Source of the DNA: Gemmatimonas sp. | GTDB lineage: Bacteria; Gemmatimonadota; Gemmatimonadetes; Gemmatimonadales; Gemmatimonadaceae | Reading direction: 5' to 3' | Assembly (NCBI GenBank): GCA_965279375.1 | Contig: OZ257156.1 | Coordinates: 3,680,001-3,744,000, forward strand | DNA: 64,000 bases | Shown here: positions 36,343 to 49,269 of the stretch, in pieces | Layout: each line of letters opens with the position of its first letter | Position numbering within the stretch: the stretch's first letter is position 1 | Made by a program: the position numbers and the translations under genes | Notes under the pieces: model-generated | The model's database searches: none | Seen by the model: only the letters and a program-made list of their open reading frames with translations | What the model was told of the DNA's origin: nothing

Positions 36343-37468
36343 ATGCAGGACGGCGAACGCCTGAAAGTGTTGGCGCGGGCGGAAGAGCGGCTCACAGACA
36401 TGCGGAGGTATCTTTGACGTCGAGTCCAAGCGCTCGACGTTGAACGCCTACGAGAACGAAATGTCGGAAGGCGCCTTCTGGAATGATCAGGAGTATGCCC
36501 GCGATATCGTTCAACAGGTGAAGGTGCTCAAGGGGTGGGTGGAGCCGTTTGACGCGCTTGAAGCGCGCACGCGCTCCGCACGCGAACTCGACGAAATGCT
36601 CGGGCTCGAGCCCGACGAAGCGATGGCGGCCGAGGTGGACGCCGAGGTGGAGCGGATCGCCGAAGAACTCGACGCGTTCGAGTTGCGGACGCTGCTGCGC
36701 GGCAAGGACGACTTCCGAGATGCCCAGCTGGAGATCTCCGCGGGCGCCGGAGGTACTGAAGCGCAGGACTGGGCGCAGATGCTGTATCGCATGTATACGC
36801 GCTGGGCTGAGCGCAAAGGCTTCGCGATCGAGATTCTCGACCTGAGCGAGGGCGAAGAGGCCGGCATCAAGGGCGCGGTGCTCGAGATCAAGGGTCAGTT
36901 CGCGTACGGATTTCTTCGTCCCGAGTCCGGTGTACATCGTCTGGTGCGCATTTCGCCGTTCGATGCGCAGGCGCGCCGCCACACGAGTTTTGCGTCGGTG
37001 TTCGTGTATCCCGTCGTGAACGAAGAAATCAACATCGAGATTCGCGAAGAGGATTTACGCATCGACGTGTATCGCGCTTCTGGCGCCGGCGGTCAGCACG
37101 TCAACAAGACGTCGTCTGCGGTGCGCATCACGCACTTGCCGAGCGGCATCGTGACAGCGTCTCAGGCGGAACGTTCGCAGTTCAAGAACAAGGCGACGGC
37201 GATGAAGCAGCTGAAGAACCGGCTGTATCAGCTCGAAGCAGACAAGCAGGCGGCGGTGAAGGCTGCATTCGACGCGAACAAGCAGGACGTGTCATTCGGC
37301 AGCCAGATTCGCAGCTATGTGTTCCAGCCGTACACGATGGTCAACGATCACCGGACGGAGTTGAAGATCCCCGACGTGCAGAAGATCATGGACGGTGCCA
37401 TCGACCCGCTCATTCAGGCGTATCTCAAGATGGAGAGCGCCGCCGGAGCCGAGGACAACGCAGGATGA
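36343..37468 (+). CDS. prfB: Peptide chain release factor 2, programmed +1 frameshift
   Basis: ORF1 MQDGER..RRYL ends CTT TGA C (36412-36418) with internal SD GGAGGT; ORF2 has SPF and GGQ motifs. Confidence 0.97.
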
Positions 37469-38952
37469 GTGACGATCTGAATTTCCTGATGAAGGCGCGT
37501 CGCGAAAAGCTCGACCGCCTTCGTGAGAGCGGAACGGAGCCGTTCGCGTACTCGTACGATCGCACGCATTCGAGCGTCGAGGCGATTGCTGCGCTGGGCG
37601 ATGCCGACGAAGGACCGTCGGTGTCGGTCGCAGGGCGCCTCACGTCCTGGCGCAGCCAAGGCAAGACGGCGTTCGCGCATCTCGCCGACATGGACGGCCG
37701 CATACAGTTGTATTTCCGTCGCGACGAGATCGGCGAAGCCGCGTGGGCGCAGCTGGCGGAATACGATCTGGGCGACTGGGTCGGTGTGCGCGGCACGACC
37801 ATGCGTACGCGCACCGGTGAGGCGACGGTGCGAGTCACGGAGAGCACGCTGCTGTCGAAGTCGCTGCGTCCGCTGCCGTACGGCAAGGAAGCGGTCGTGG
37901 ACGGCAAGACCGTTCGCTATTCCGGCTTTGCCGACACAGAGCTGCGCGCGCGTCAGCGCTATGCCGACCTCGCCGTGCATCCCGAAGTGCGCGCGTTGTT
38001 TCGTGCGCGTTCGCTGCTCACGCGCACGGTGCGCCAGCATCTCGATGGCCTTGGGTACCTCGAAGTCGAGACGCCGGTGTTGCAGCCGCTGTACGGCGGA
38101 GCGGCCGCGCGGCCGTTCATCACGCATCACAACACGCTCGACATGCCGCTGTATCTGCGCATCGCTGACGAGCTGTATCTCAAGCGGCTGATTGTGGGCG
38201 GGTTCGAGCGCGTGTACGAGATCGGGCACGACTTCCGCAATGAAGGCATCGATCGCACGCACAATCCCGAGTTCACGATGCTCGAGTTCTACGAGGCCTT
38301 CGCGGACTACACGGTGATGATGGAGCGCGTGGAGTCGCTGCTGGTAGCGGCGGCCGAAGCGGTTCGCGACGTGCCGGTCGTGGGCGAGAAGGTGCCGACG
38401 CTGGTGACACCGTTTCCGCGCATCGAATGGGCGGGATCGCTGTCGAAGGCTGCCGGCGTGGACATCATGACGCTCGATGATGCGGCGTTGCGCGGCGTTG
38501 CCGAGCGTATCGGCGTGGCGAAGGTGTCGACGCTGAGTCGCCCGAAGGTTCTGGATGAGATGTTCCAGGAACTCGTGGAGTCGCGCATCGACACGCCGAC
38601 GTTCGTGGTCGACTATCCGATCGAGTTGTCACCGTTGGCCAAGCCAAAGCGTGGGAGCCCGGGCTTGACGGAGCGCTTCGAGTTGTTCGCGCGCGGCAAG
38701 GAATTGGCGAACGCCTTCTCCGAGCTGAACGACCCGATCGACCAGCGTCAGCGCTTCGAGGCGCAGGCGCGTCTGCGCGATGCCGGCGATGATGAGGCCA
38801 GCGGTGTGGACGAGGACTATCTGCGCGCGATGGAGTATGGCATGCCGCCGACGGGTGGTGTCGGAATCGGGATCGATCGGTTGTTCATGTATCTCACCGA
38901 TACAGCGAACATTCGCGACGTGATCCTGTTTCCAACGATGCGCCCCGAATAG
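37465..38952 (+). CDS. lysS: Lysine--tRNA ligase (class II)
   Basis: GGAAARPF.THHN, YLRIADELYLKRL, FRNEG..THNPEF, GMPPTGGVGIGIDRL. Confidence 0.98.
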   Translation: MSDDLNFLMKARREKLDRLRESGTEPFAYSYDRTHSSVEAIAALGDADEGPSVSVAGRLTSWRSQGKTAFAHLADMDGRIQLYFRRDEIGEAAWAQLAEYDLGDWVGVRGTTMRTRTGEATVRVTESTLLSKSLRPLPYGKEAVVDGKTVRYSGFADTELRARQRYADLAVHPEVRALFRARSLLTRTVRQHLDGLGYLEVETPVLQPLYGGAAARPFITHHNTLDMPLYLRIADELYLKRLIVGGFERVYEIGHDFRNEGIDRTHNPEFTMLEFYEAFADYTVMMERVESLLVAAAEAVRDVPVVGEKVPTLVTPFPRIEWAGSLSKAAGVDIMTLDDAALRGVAERIGVAKVSTLSRPKVLDEMFQELVESRIDTPTFVVDYPIELSPLAKPKRGSPGLTERFELFARGKELANAFSELNDPIDQRQRFEAQARLRDAGDDEASGVDEDYLRAMEYGMPPTGGVGIGIDRLFMYLTDTANIRDVILFPTMRPE

Positions 38953-38959
38953 CGCCGCG

Positions 38960-40210
38960 GTGACCCGACTCGAGTTCTCCATCGCATGGCGATACCTGCG
39001 CAGTCGGCGTGGGTCGCGTTTGCTCTCGCTCATCAGCGTCATAGCCATCGGTGGCGTCTTGGTGGGCGTGAGCGCGTTGATCGTGATCATGGGCGTGATG
39101 ACCGGTTTGCAGCGCGATCTGCGCGACAAGATTCTTGTCGGCAGTGCGGACATTCAGGTGCTGCCGTACGGTTCCGGGCTACGTCTCTCCAACTGGGCGG
39201 TAGTGCGTGACAAGGTGCGAGCCTCGGACGGCATCGCTCGGGCTGCACCGTTCGTGCAAACGCAGGGGCTGGTGCGCAATCTCGCGGGCTTTCGTACCGG
39301 TGCCGCGGTCGTGGGCATCCTGCCGCAGGGGACTCCCGGCGCTGACGTCACCTCCATTCGGAGTCACGTCGTGCTGGGAGATTTCACCTTCAAGCGCGAT
39401 AGCGTGAATCTGCCGGGCGCCGTACTCGGCAAGCTGCTCGCTTCCAAGCTGAACGCCTTTCCCGGCGACACCATCGTGTTGCTGGGTGAAGGCGGACTCG
39501 AGATGAACGCGGCGACCGGTGCGATCATTCCGCGCGCCGACAGCATGGTGGTGTCGGGAGTCTTCGAGACGTTGATGTACGAGTATGACAACAACTACAT
39601 CTATCTCGATCTTCCCGTGGCGCAGCGCTTTGCCGGACTAGGCGAGGATGTGACGGGTATCGAGGCGAAGACCATCGATCGCTGGAAGGCGCCGGCGATC
39701 GCGGAGTCGCTGCGAGTATCGCTCGACGCGCCGGTACGCGCGGTGGATTGGCAGGAGCAGAATCGCTCGCTGTTTTCCGCGCTCAAGCTCGAGAAGCTGG
39801 GCATGGGTGTGATCCTGCTGCTGATCGTGATCGTGGCGGCCTTCAACATCGTGGGGACTTTGACGATGGTCGTGGCCGACAAGACGCGCGAAATCGGCAT
39901 CCTGCGTGCGATGGGCATGCCGGCGCGATCGATCCGACGGATTTTCCTGATGCAGGGGATTCTCGTGGGTGCGGTGGGTACGGGTGGTGGACTGCTGTTG
40001 GGGCTCACCGTAGCGTTGCTCCTCGAACACTACCAACTGATCGCACTCGATCCGTCGATTTACTTCATCGACCATCTGCCGGTGACCACACAGCCGCTCG
40101 ACGTGTTGATGATCGTGGCGGCGAGCATGGCCATCGCGACGCTGGCGACGCTGTATCCGGCGGCGCAGGCGGCGCGCATGTATCCCGTGGACGCCATTCG
40201 TCATGATTGA
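38960..40210 (+). CDS. lolE: Lipoprotein-releasing ABC transporter permease (LolC/LolE/LolF)
   Basis: IAWRYLRS, VAAFNIVGTL.M.V.DKTREIGILRAMG, LATLYPA..AA. Confidence 0.9.
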   Translation: MTRLEFSIAWRYLRSRRGSRLLSLISVIAIGGVLVGVSALIVIMGVMTGLQRDLRDKILVGSADIQVLPYGSGLRLSNWAVVRDKVRASDGIARAAPFVQTQGLVRNLAGFRTGAAVVGILPQGTPGADVTSIRSHVVLGDFTFKRDSVNLPGAVLGKLLASKLNAFPGDTIVLLGEGGLEMNAATGAIIPRADSMVVSGVFETLMYEYDNNYIYLDLPVAQRFAGLGEDVTGIEAKTIDRWKAPAIAESLRVSLDAPVRAVDWQEQNRSLFSALKLEKLGMGVILLLIVIVAAFNIVGTLTMVVADKTREIGILRAMGMPARSIRRIFLMQGILVGAVGTGGGLLLGLTVALLLEHYQLIALDPSIYFIDHLPVTTQPLDVLMIVAASMAIATLATLYPAAQAARMYPVDAIRHD

Positions 40211-40940
40211 GGCAACGGTGCGCGCGGAGCCGAGCACGCAACCGATCGTTGTCGACGTCGAGGAGCTCATCAAGGAGTTCCGGGCGGTCGACGGGAGCGC
40301 GATCCGCGTCGTGGACGGGGTGTCATTGCAGGTTCGTCGTGGCGAGATGGTGGCGATCGTCGGAGCGAGCGGTTCGGGGAAGAGCACGCTCTTGCACCTG
40401 TTGGGCGCGCTCGAGCGTCCTACTTCCGGGCGAGTCACGCTCGGCGGGCAGCGGGTGGAAGAGCTGGCCGACGATGCGTTGGCCGCGCTCAGGAACCGTG
40501 CGGTGGGCTTCGTGTTTCAGTTTCATCACCTCCTCCGTGAATTCTCGGCGCTGGAGAACGTGATGATGCCGCTGCGGATTGCCGGCGTGTCGGATCGGGC
40601 GGCGAAGGAGCGCGCGGAAGGACTGCTGGAGCGGGTCGGGTTGTCGGCGCGACGGGGACACCGGCCGACGGAGATGTCGGGTGGAGAGCAGCAGCGGGCC
40701 GCCGTCGCCCGCGCGCTGGCGGCAGAGCCATCGCTGCTCTTGGCAGACGAGCCGAGCGGCAACCTGGATTTGCAGAACGCCGAGCGATTGCACGATCTCT
40801 TTGCGGAGTTGGCGCAGGATCGAACGCTTGGTGTGGTGGTGGTGACTCACAATCAGTCCCTCGCGGCGCGAGCGGATCGAGCGCTATTGTTGGAAGGAGG
40901 CAGGTTGGCCGTCACGGATGGACAGCGGATGGGGGGCTGA
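40203..40940 (+). CDS. lolD: Lipoprotein-releasing ABC transporter ATPase
   Basis: GASGSGKS, GFVFQFHHLL (LolD motif), MSGGEQQR, DEPSGNLD. Confidence 0.92.
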   Translation: MIEATVRAEPSTQPIVVDVEELIKEFRAVDGSAIRVVDGVSLQVRRGEMVAIVGASGSGKSTLLHLLGALERPTSGRVTLGGQRVEELADDALAALRNRAVGFVFQFHHLLREFSALENVMMPLRIAGVSDRAAKERAEGLLERVGLSARRGHRPTEMSGGEQQRAAVARALAAEPSLLLADEPSGNLDLQNAERLHDLFAELAQDRTLGVVVVTHNQSLAARADRALLLEGGRLAVTDGQRMGG

Positions 40941-41425
40941 TGGTCTGCGACACATGCAAGGAGCGCGACGCGGTCGTGCACCTGACACGCATCGTGGAGA
41001 ACGCGGTGACACAGCTGCACCTGTGCGAGAAGTGCGCGGCCGAGAAGGGCGTCGAGACGACGCTCGCGACGCCACAGCATCCGCTGGGTGACATTCTGCA
41101 GGCCGTGCAGCAGCAGGCGTCGACGACGGCCGAGGATTCAGCGGCGTGCGCGTTTTGCGGCTCCACGTCGCGGGACTTTCGCGCGTCTGGGCGGCTTGGA
41201 TGTCCGCATTGCTACGATGCGATGGAGCGGAGCCTGCGCGAGCTGCTACGGCGGTTGCACGGAAGTTCGAAGCATGTCGGCGTACGCTACGAGCCGCCGT
41301 CGGCTCATGTGCATGCGAAGCCGGATACTCTGCACGACTTGCACGATCGGTTGCATCGCGCGATCGCGTCGGAACAGTTCGAGTTGGCCGCGGAGCTGCG
41401 CGACCGGATCAAGGTGCTTGAATGA
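40940..41425 (+). CDS. mcsA: McsA protein-arginine kinase activator
   Basis: Four CxxC motifs, GRLGCPHCY, HG..KHVG, C-terminal UVR (EQFELAAELRDRI). Confidence 0.93.
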   Translation: MVCDTCKERDAVVHLTRIVENAVTQLHLCEKCAAEKGVETTLATPQHPLGDILQAVQQQASTTAEDSAACAFCGSTSRDFRASGRLGCPHCYDAMERSLRELLRRLHGSSKHVGVRYEPPSAHVHAKPDTLHDLHDRLHRAIASEQFELAAELRDRIKVLE

Positions 41426-42519
41426 GCGTCAAGCACAGTCTGGATCTGACTCTACTGCCGGACGGTGGCGTTCGTTGGCTGGATGCGTCAGGGCCCAACG
41501 CCGACGTCGTGATCTCGACACGCATGCGCTTGGCCAGAAACGTCTCGGGGTACGCGTTCACGGGGCGGGCACGTGACGGAGAACGGCTGCGCATGCTGGC
41601 ACAGGTGCGCGACGCGCTGGGCGCGGTGCCCTCGTTGAACGGCAGCCTGTTGCTGCGGCTGGACGACATGGCGTTGCAGGACCGGCAGTTGCTGCATGAG
41701 CGGCACCTCGTCAGCAAGGAGCTGGCAGGGCTGGACCAGCAGCATCCGCTACGTACCGGTGCCGCGGTCTTTCTTGGCGATGCCGCCGGGCTTCTGGTCA
41801 ACGAAGAGGATCACCTGCGGTTGCAGGTGCTGCGTTCGGGCTTTGCGGTGCCGCAGGCGTTCGAATCGGTGCAGCGGTTGGATCAGGAATTGGGGGCGCA
41901 GGTACCGTACGCGTTTCACCGGGAGTTCGGCTTTTTGACGGCCTGCCCGACGAACACGGGAACGGGGATGCGTGCCTCGGTGCTGATCCATTTGCCGGGG
42001 CTCGTCCTGACGAAGGAGATCGGGAAGGTGCTGGCCGGGCTGCAGCAGATGGGGCTGACCTATCGTGGGCTGTACGGCGAGGGGAGTGAGGTGGTGGGCA
42101 ATTTCTTCCAGCTTTCGAACCAAACCACGTTGGGACGAAGCGAGGAGGAGTTACAGGATTTGCTCGTGCGAGTCGTACGTCATGTGATCGAGCGGGAGGA
42201 GGAGGCTCGACGTGTGCTCGTTCGTGACGCGGGCTATATTATCGAGGACAAGTTGTGGCGGTCGTACGGGACGCTGCGCTATGCGCGCAGCTTGACGTTC
42301 GACGAGGCCATGAACTACCTGAGTGGGGTACGCCTGGCGGTCGGTCTGAAACTGATCACTGGGCTCAGTGTATACACGCTCAACAAGCTCCTGATCTTTG
42401 CACAGTCGGCGCACTTGGCCCACCTCGAGGGGCGTGCGTTGACGGAAGGCGAGGCGAACCTGGCTCGCGCGCGCTACGTGCGTGAAGCGCTGGTGCGCGA
42501 AGGGGGCGGAGTCGAATGA
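41422..42519 (+). CDS. mcsB: Protein-arginine kinase McsB
   Basis: [49 protein letters not shown]. Confidence 0.95.
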   Translation: MSVKHSLDLTLLPDGGVRWLDASGPNADVVISTRMRLARNVSGYAFTGRARDGERLRMLAQVRDALGAVPSLNGSLLLRLDDMALQDRQLLHERHLVSKELAGLDQQHPLRTGAAVFLGDAAGLLVNEEDHLRLQVLRSGFAVPQAFESVQRLDQELGAQVPYAFHREFGFLTACPTNTGTGMRASVLIHLPGLVLTKEIGKVLAGLQQMGLTYRGLYGEGSEVVGNFFQLSNQTTLGRSEEELQDLLVRVVRHVIEREEEARRVLVRDAGYIIEDKLWRSYGTLRYARSLTFDEAMNYLSGVRLAVGLKLITGLSVYTLNKLLIFAQSAHLAHLEGRALTEGEANLARARYVREALVREGGGVE

Positions 42520-42547
42520 TCCGCTTCCACCCGACCCTGAGGGGACG

Positions 42548-45061
<2,514 letters not shown>

Positions 45062-45076
45062 CGCTGATCGTTGCCG

Positions 45077-45113
45077 GCGGCCGGACCCTCCGGGGTCCGG
45101 CCGCTTGTCTTTT
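45077..45113 (+). terminator. Rho-independent terminator after clpC
   Basis: GCGGCCGGACCC-TCCG-GGGTCCGGCCGC stem followed by TTGTCTTTT. Confidence 0.8.
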
Positions 45114-45132
45114 CGGTATATATTCCTCGGCT

Positions 45133-47586
45133 ATGCAGAAACGCTTTTCCCTCCCTACGGCGGCTTGTGGTGCGCTGATGCTCGCGCTGTTCTCGGCGCC
45201 CGACACGCTTCGGGCGCAGGACATCGCCGGCAAGTGCACCGCACCGGACTCCATTGCCGTTCGCGGCAACAGTCGTGTGGCGGAGTCCAAGATTCGAACT
45301 GAAGCCGATCTGACGGCGGGAACGCCGCTCAACTTTCCCGGCGTACAGCGAGCGATCAAGGCGGTATACGCGCTCAACGAGTTCGATGCCGTCGATGTGG
45401 TGTGCGACCTCGAGAGCGTGAAGGATCGCGCGATCATCGCGGTCGTCGTGACGGAGCGTGCGATCCTTGGCGACATCAAGGTCATCGGGCCCAAGGCGGT
45501 GTCCGAGCGCTCGGTGAAGGACAAGATCGATTTGCTGATCGGTCGGCCGATCGATCCGATGGTCGAGGCGCGTGCGCGCGCCCGCATCGACTCGGTGTAC
45601 GAGGCCGCTGGCTATTACCTCGCGCGGGTGACCATCGACTCGACGCCGATGTCGGAAGGTCGCATCGGACTCACGTATCGCATTGAGGAGGGGCGCCGTC
45701 TGGCCATCTCCGCCATCGACGTGACCGGCAATACGAAGGTGAAGGAAAGCACGATCGTCGGCGCGATGAAGACCAAGCCCGAAGGATTCTGGTTCTTCCG
45801 CAAGGGTGAGTTCGACGACGACAAGTATGTGGGCGACCTTGGCGAACGCATCCCGGCGCTCTTTTCGCGCTTGGGCTACGTGGACATGCGCATCGCGAAG
45901 GACACGCTGATCGTCAATCGCGAGAAGGGCAAAGGGCTGGTACAGATCGGCATCGAGGAGGGGCCGCGGTACAAGGTGGGCGCCTTCGAGATCGCCGGAA
46001 ATCGCCGCTTCCCGACCGATGAGTTGCGTCGCTACTACCCGTTCGACGGCAACGATCAGGCAACGCTGACGCAGCGCGTGAAGGGGTTGGTCATCCGTGA
46101 GGCGGCCGCGCCCGAAGGGGTGTTCGACCAGAAGAAGTGGGACGATGCCGTGGAGAAGGTGAACGGCGCGTACCGGAATGCCGGCTACCTGTACGCCGAG
46201 ATTCGACCGGTCGTCGAGCGGACGATGGATGCCGATTCGGCGCCGGTGGTCAATCTCCGCTGGGAGATCAATGAGAAGAATCCGGCGATCATCAATCGCA
46301 TCGAGATCCTCGGCAACGACTACACCTCGGATGACTGCATCCGACGCCAGATCTTCCTGGCGCCGGGCGGCGTGTTCAATCAGGAGGTGCTGGTTCGCAG
46401 CTACCAGAGCATCGGCAATCTGAATTTCTTCGAAGCGCCGATGCCGTTCCCGGACTACCGTCCCATCAACGATCAGGGAGACGTGGACATCGTCTTCCGC
46501 GTGAAGGAGAAGCGGACCGGTAGCATCAACTTCGGCGCGTCGATGGGGCAGGGCGGCGTAGGCTTTGGCGGCTTCATCGGCCTCGAGCAGCCCAACCTGT
46601 TCGGCAAGTGCAAGAAGGGGCAGCTCAACTGGCAGTACGGCCGCTTCTACAACGACTTCACGGCCACCTACTCCGATCCCGCACTGCGCGGGACGCGGAC
46701 GTCTGGCGCGCTGAGCGCCTACCGCACGCAGTCGCGTTTCGTGGTCGGCAACCTCGGCCAGAACATCCGCACCGGTGCGCAGGTGCGCCTCGGCTTCCCG
46801 GTGCCGTGGTCGCTGATGTCCACGTTTGCTGTGTCATACAACGGTGAGTCGGCGACGTTTACGCAGGGCACCATCCAGAACGGCTGTACAAAGAACTGTC
46901 TCCGGTCGAACATCGGCCTGGAATACAGCTACGACACGCGCGCGGACCTCCCGTTCGCGACCTCCGGCTCGTTGCGGTCGATCACGACCGATTTCAGCGG
47001 CGGCCCGCTGGGCGGGACGGTCAATTTCCAGCGTGTCACGGGTGAAATGCGGGCCTATGCGCCGCTCGGTCAGATCGGGGGATCGAACCCCGGATCGCAG
47101 CCACTCAAGTTCGTCATGGGCATGACGGCGCGCGCCGGTGCCTTGTTCGGCAACTCCGGACCGTTTTTCTTCCAGCAGCAGTTTGCGGTGGGCGGTGTGA
47201 TGTTCGGGCAGGCGATTCGTGGCTATCCCGAGTTCTCCATTACGCCGCAGGGGTTCAACCCGACCACCGACCAGTACCGGTCGGACCCGGCGTCGTTCGG
47301 CAATGCCTTCATGACGATTACGGGCGAGCTGGGCCTGCGGGTGAATCAGATGTTTTACCTGAACGTTTTCACGGATGCCGGCAACAACTGGCAGTCCGCC
47401 CGCCAGATAAATCCAACCCGCCTCTTCCGTTCGGCTGGCGTTGGAGTATCTACCGTGACGCCGTTGGGTCCGCTCGGACTCGATCTGGCGTATGGCTTCG
47501 ACCGTACGGCGGTCGATGTCACCACACTTCGATCGCGCCCGGACCCGAAGTGGCAGTTCCATTTCCGACTCGGTCAGCTCTTCTAG
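45133..47586 (+). CDS. bamA: Outer membrane protein assembly factor BamA
   Basis: Signal peptide, POTRA repeats, VKEKRTGSI, IRGY loop motif, TPLGPL, terminal Phe. Confidence 0.95.
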   Translation: MQKRFSLPTAACGALMLALFSAPDTLRAQDIAGKCTAPDSIAVRGNSRVAESKIRTEADLTAGTPLNFPGVQRAIKAVYALNEFDAVDVVCDLESVKDRAIIAVVVTERAILGDIKVIGPKAVSERSVKDKIDLLIGRPIDPMVEARARARIDSVYEAAGYYLARVTIDSTPMSEGRIGLTYRIEEGRRLAISAIDVTGNTKVKESTIVGAMKTKPEGFWFFRKGEFDDDKYVGDLGERIPALFSRLGYVDMRIAKDTLIVNREKGKGLVQIGIEEGPRYKVGAFEIAGNRRFPTDELRRYYPFDGNDQATLTQRVKGLVIREAAAPEGVFDQKKWDDAVEKVNGAYRNAGYLYAEIRPVVERTMDADSAPVVNLRWEINEKNPAIINRIEILGNDYTSDDCIRRQIFLAPGGVFNQEVLVRSYQSIGNLNFFEAPMPFPDYRPINDQGDVDIVFRVKEKRTGSINFGASMGQGGVGFGGFIGLEQPNLFGKCKKGQLNWQYGRFYNDFTATYSDPALRGTRTSGALSAYRTQSRFVVGNLGQNIRTGAQVRLGFPVPWSLMSTFAVSYNGESATFTQGTIQNGCTKNCLRSNIGLEYSYDTRADLPFATSGSLRSITTDFSGGPLGGTVNFQRVTGEMRAYAPLGQIGGSNPGSQPLKFVMGMTARAGALFGNSGPFFFQQQFAVGGVMFGQAIRGYPEFSITPQGFNPTTDQYRSDPASFGNAFMTITGELGLRVNQMFYLNVFTDAGNNWQSARQINPTRLFRSAGVGVSTVTPLGPLGLDLAYGFDRTAVDVTTLRSRPDPKWQFHFRLGQLF

Positions 47587-47596
47587 GGGATTTCAG

Positions 47597-48202
47597 ATGC
47601 GTCTTTCCACGTTCGTTGGCGCCTGCGCGCTTGCTCTCGGTGTTCCTGCGCTCGCCTCTGCGCAGGTCGCTCAGAAGTTTGCGTTCATCAACTCGCAGGC
47701 CATCATGCAGTCCGCGCCGGGTCGTGGCGAAGCCGAGCTGCAGTTCCAGAAGGAGATGGAAGGGTTCCGCGGTCAGGTGCAGAAGCTTGGCGACTCGCTG
47801 AACGTCATTCAGGAAGCGTACAAGAAGGAAGAGGCGACGCTTTCTGCGACGGCCAAGGAAACGAAGCTGAAGACGTTGCGCGACAAGGAGACGGAGTATC
47901 AGGAACGTGTCCAGAAGCTCAACGATCAGGCGCAGGCGCGCGAAGCGGAGCTGATGCAGCCGATCCTCGACAACGTGCGCAAGGTGCTCGACGATCTGCG
48001 CGCTGAGGGCGGTTACTCGTTCATTTTCGATGTGTCCGCGGGTGCGTTCATCGTCTCCGCTGACAAGAACCTCGACATCACCGACCGCGTGCTGGCGAAG
48101 CTGAAGTTGATGGCCCCGCGCGCCGGGACCGCGGCGCCCAAGGCTTCCGGCCCCGCGTCGGCCCCGGCCGGTGTGACGACGAAGAAGCCGCCCACGCGGT
48201 GA
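47597..48202 (+). CDS. skp: OmpH/Skp periplasmic chaperone
   Basis: Signal peptide, KFAFINSQAI, coiled coil, GYSFIFD..DITDRVL; position between bamA and lpxD. Confidence 0.92.
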   Translation: MRLSTFVGACALALGVPALASAQVAQKFAFINSQAIMQSAPGRGEAELQFQKEMEGFRGQVQKLGDSLNVIQEAYKKEEATLSATAKETKLKTLRDKETEYQERVQKLNDQAQAREAELMQPILDNVRKVLDDLRAEGGYSFIFDVSAGAFIVSADKNLDITDRVLAKLKLMAPRAGTAAPKASGPASAPAGVTTKKPPTR

Positions 48203-49269
48203 GCGTCGGGCCGGATCGGCCACGAGTAGACGGCGGTGATGAGCGCAGGCTCATCACCGCCGCTGCCGTTGCGGAACAGGTGGGTGGGGAACTCATCGGC
48301 GACGGGGCGGTCGAGATTCGTGGAATCGCACCGCTCGACCGAGCCAAGCCAAACGAGTTGAGCCTGCTGGCGCATGCGCGCTATGCCGGTTGGTACTCGA
48401 CCACGCGCGCCGGCGTGGTGCTGATCTCGCCCGAGCTGGCGGAGATGCCGGGTTCGCCCACGGCCCGCATCATCGTGGCGAAGCCGGCGGATGCGATTCA
48501 GGCGGTGCTCCGACACTTTCATCGCGGCGAGCGCCGGCCGAGTGGCATTCACCCGACGGCGATCGTCGCGGAGAGCGCGCGGCTTGGTGCAGACGTCACC
48601 ATCGAGGCGTACGCGATCATCGGTGAGGACGTGGTGCTTGGCGACCGGTGTTGGATCGGTCCGCACGCGGTGGTTGGCGACGGGAGCATCCTGGGCGCCG
48701 ACGTGCGCCTCTATGCGCAGGCGACCGTCTACCAGTTCGCAGAGCTGGGGGATCGGGTCGTGCTGCACTCAGGCGCTCGGGTCGGGCGCGAGGGCTTCGG
48801 CTTCCGGCCATCCGCCACAGGTCCTGTGCGCATTCCGCACGTGGGACGCTGCGTGCTGGAGCACGATGTGGAGGTTGGCGCGAACAGTTGTGTGGATCGT
48901 GGCAGTATCGACGACACCATCATCGGCGCCTTCACGAAGCTCGACAGTCTGGTGCATATCGCCCACAACGTGCGTGTGGGGAAGGGCTGCTTCTTCGCGA
49001 TGGGCGTCGGCGTGGCGGGATCGACGCGCATCGGGAATGGTGTGCAGTTCGGCGGCCAGTCCGGCGTGGGCAATCACATCAACATCGGTGACGGCGCGAC
49101 GGTCGCTGCGCGCGCCGGTGTGATCAGCGACGTCCCGGGCAAGCAAACCGTCTCTGGATTTCCGGCGCGACCGCATCGCGAGCAGCTACGCACGTGGGCG
49201 GCATTGGCGCGCGTCACCGACTTGGTGAAGCCGCTCGAGCGCCTGCTGGAACGCTCGGAGGCGCCGTGA
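48199..49269 (+). CDS. lpxD: UDP-3-O-acylglucosamine N-acyltransferase
   Basis: Hexapeptide repeats, GREGFGF, EVGANSCVDRG, TKLDSLVHIAHNV. Confidence 0.95.
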   Translation: MSVGPDRPRVDGGDERRLITAAAVAEQVGGELIGDGAVEIRGIAPLDRAKPNELSLLAHARYAGWYSTTRAGVVLISPELAEMPGSPTARIIVAKPADAIQAVLRHFHRGERRPSGIHPTAIVAESARLGADVTIEAYAIIGEDVVLGDRCWIGPHAVVGDGSILGADVRLYAQATVYQFAELGDRVVLHSGARVGREGFGFRPSATGPVRIPHVGRCVLEHDVEVGANSCVDRGSIDDTIIGAFTKLDSLVHIAHNVRVGKGCFFAMGVGVAGSTRIGNGVQFGGQSGVGNHINIGDGATVAARAGVISDVPGKQTVSGFPARPHREQLRTWAALARVTDLVKPLERLLERSEAP

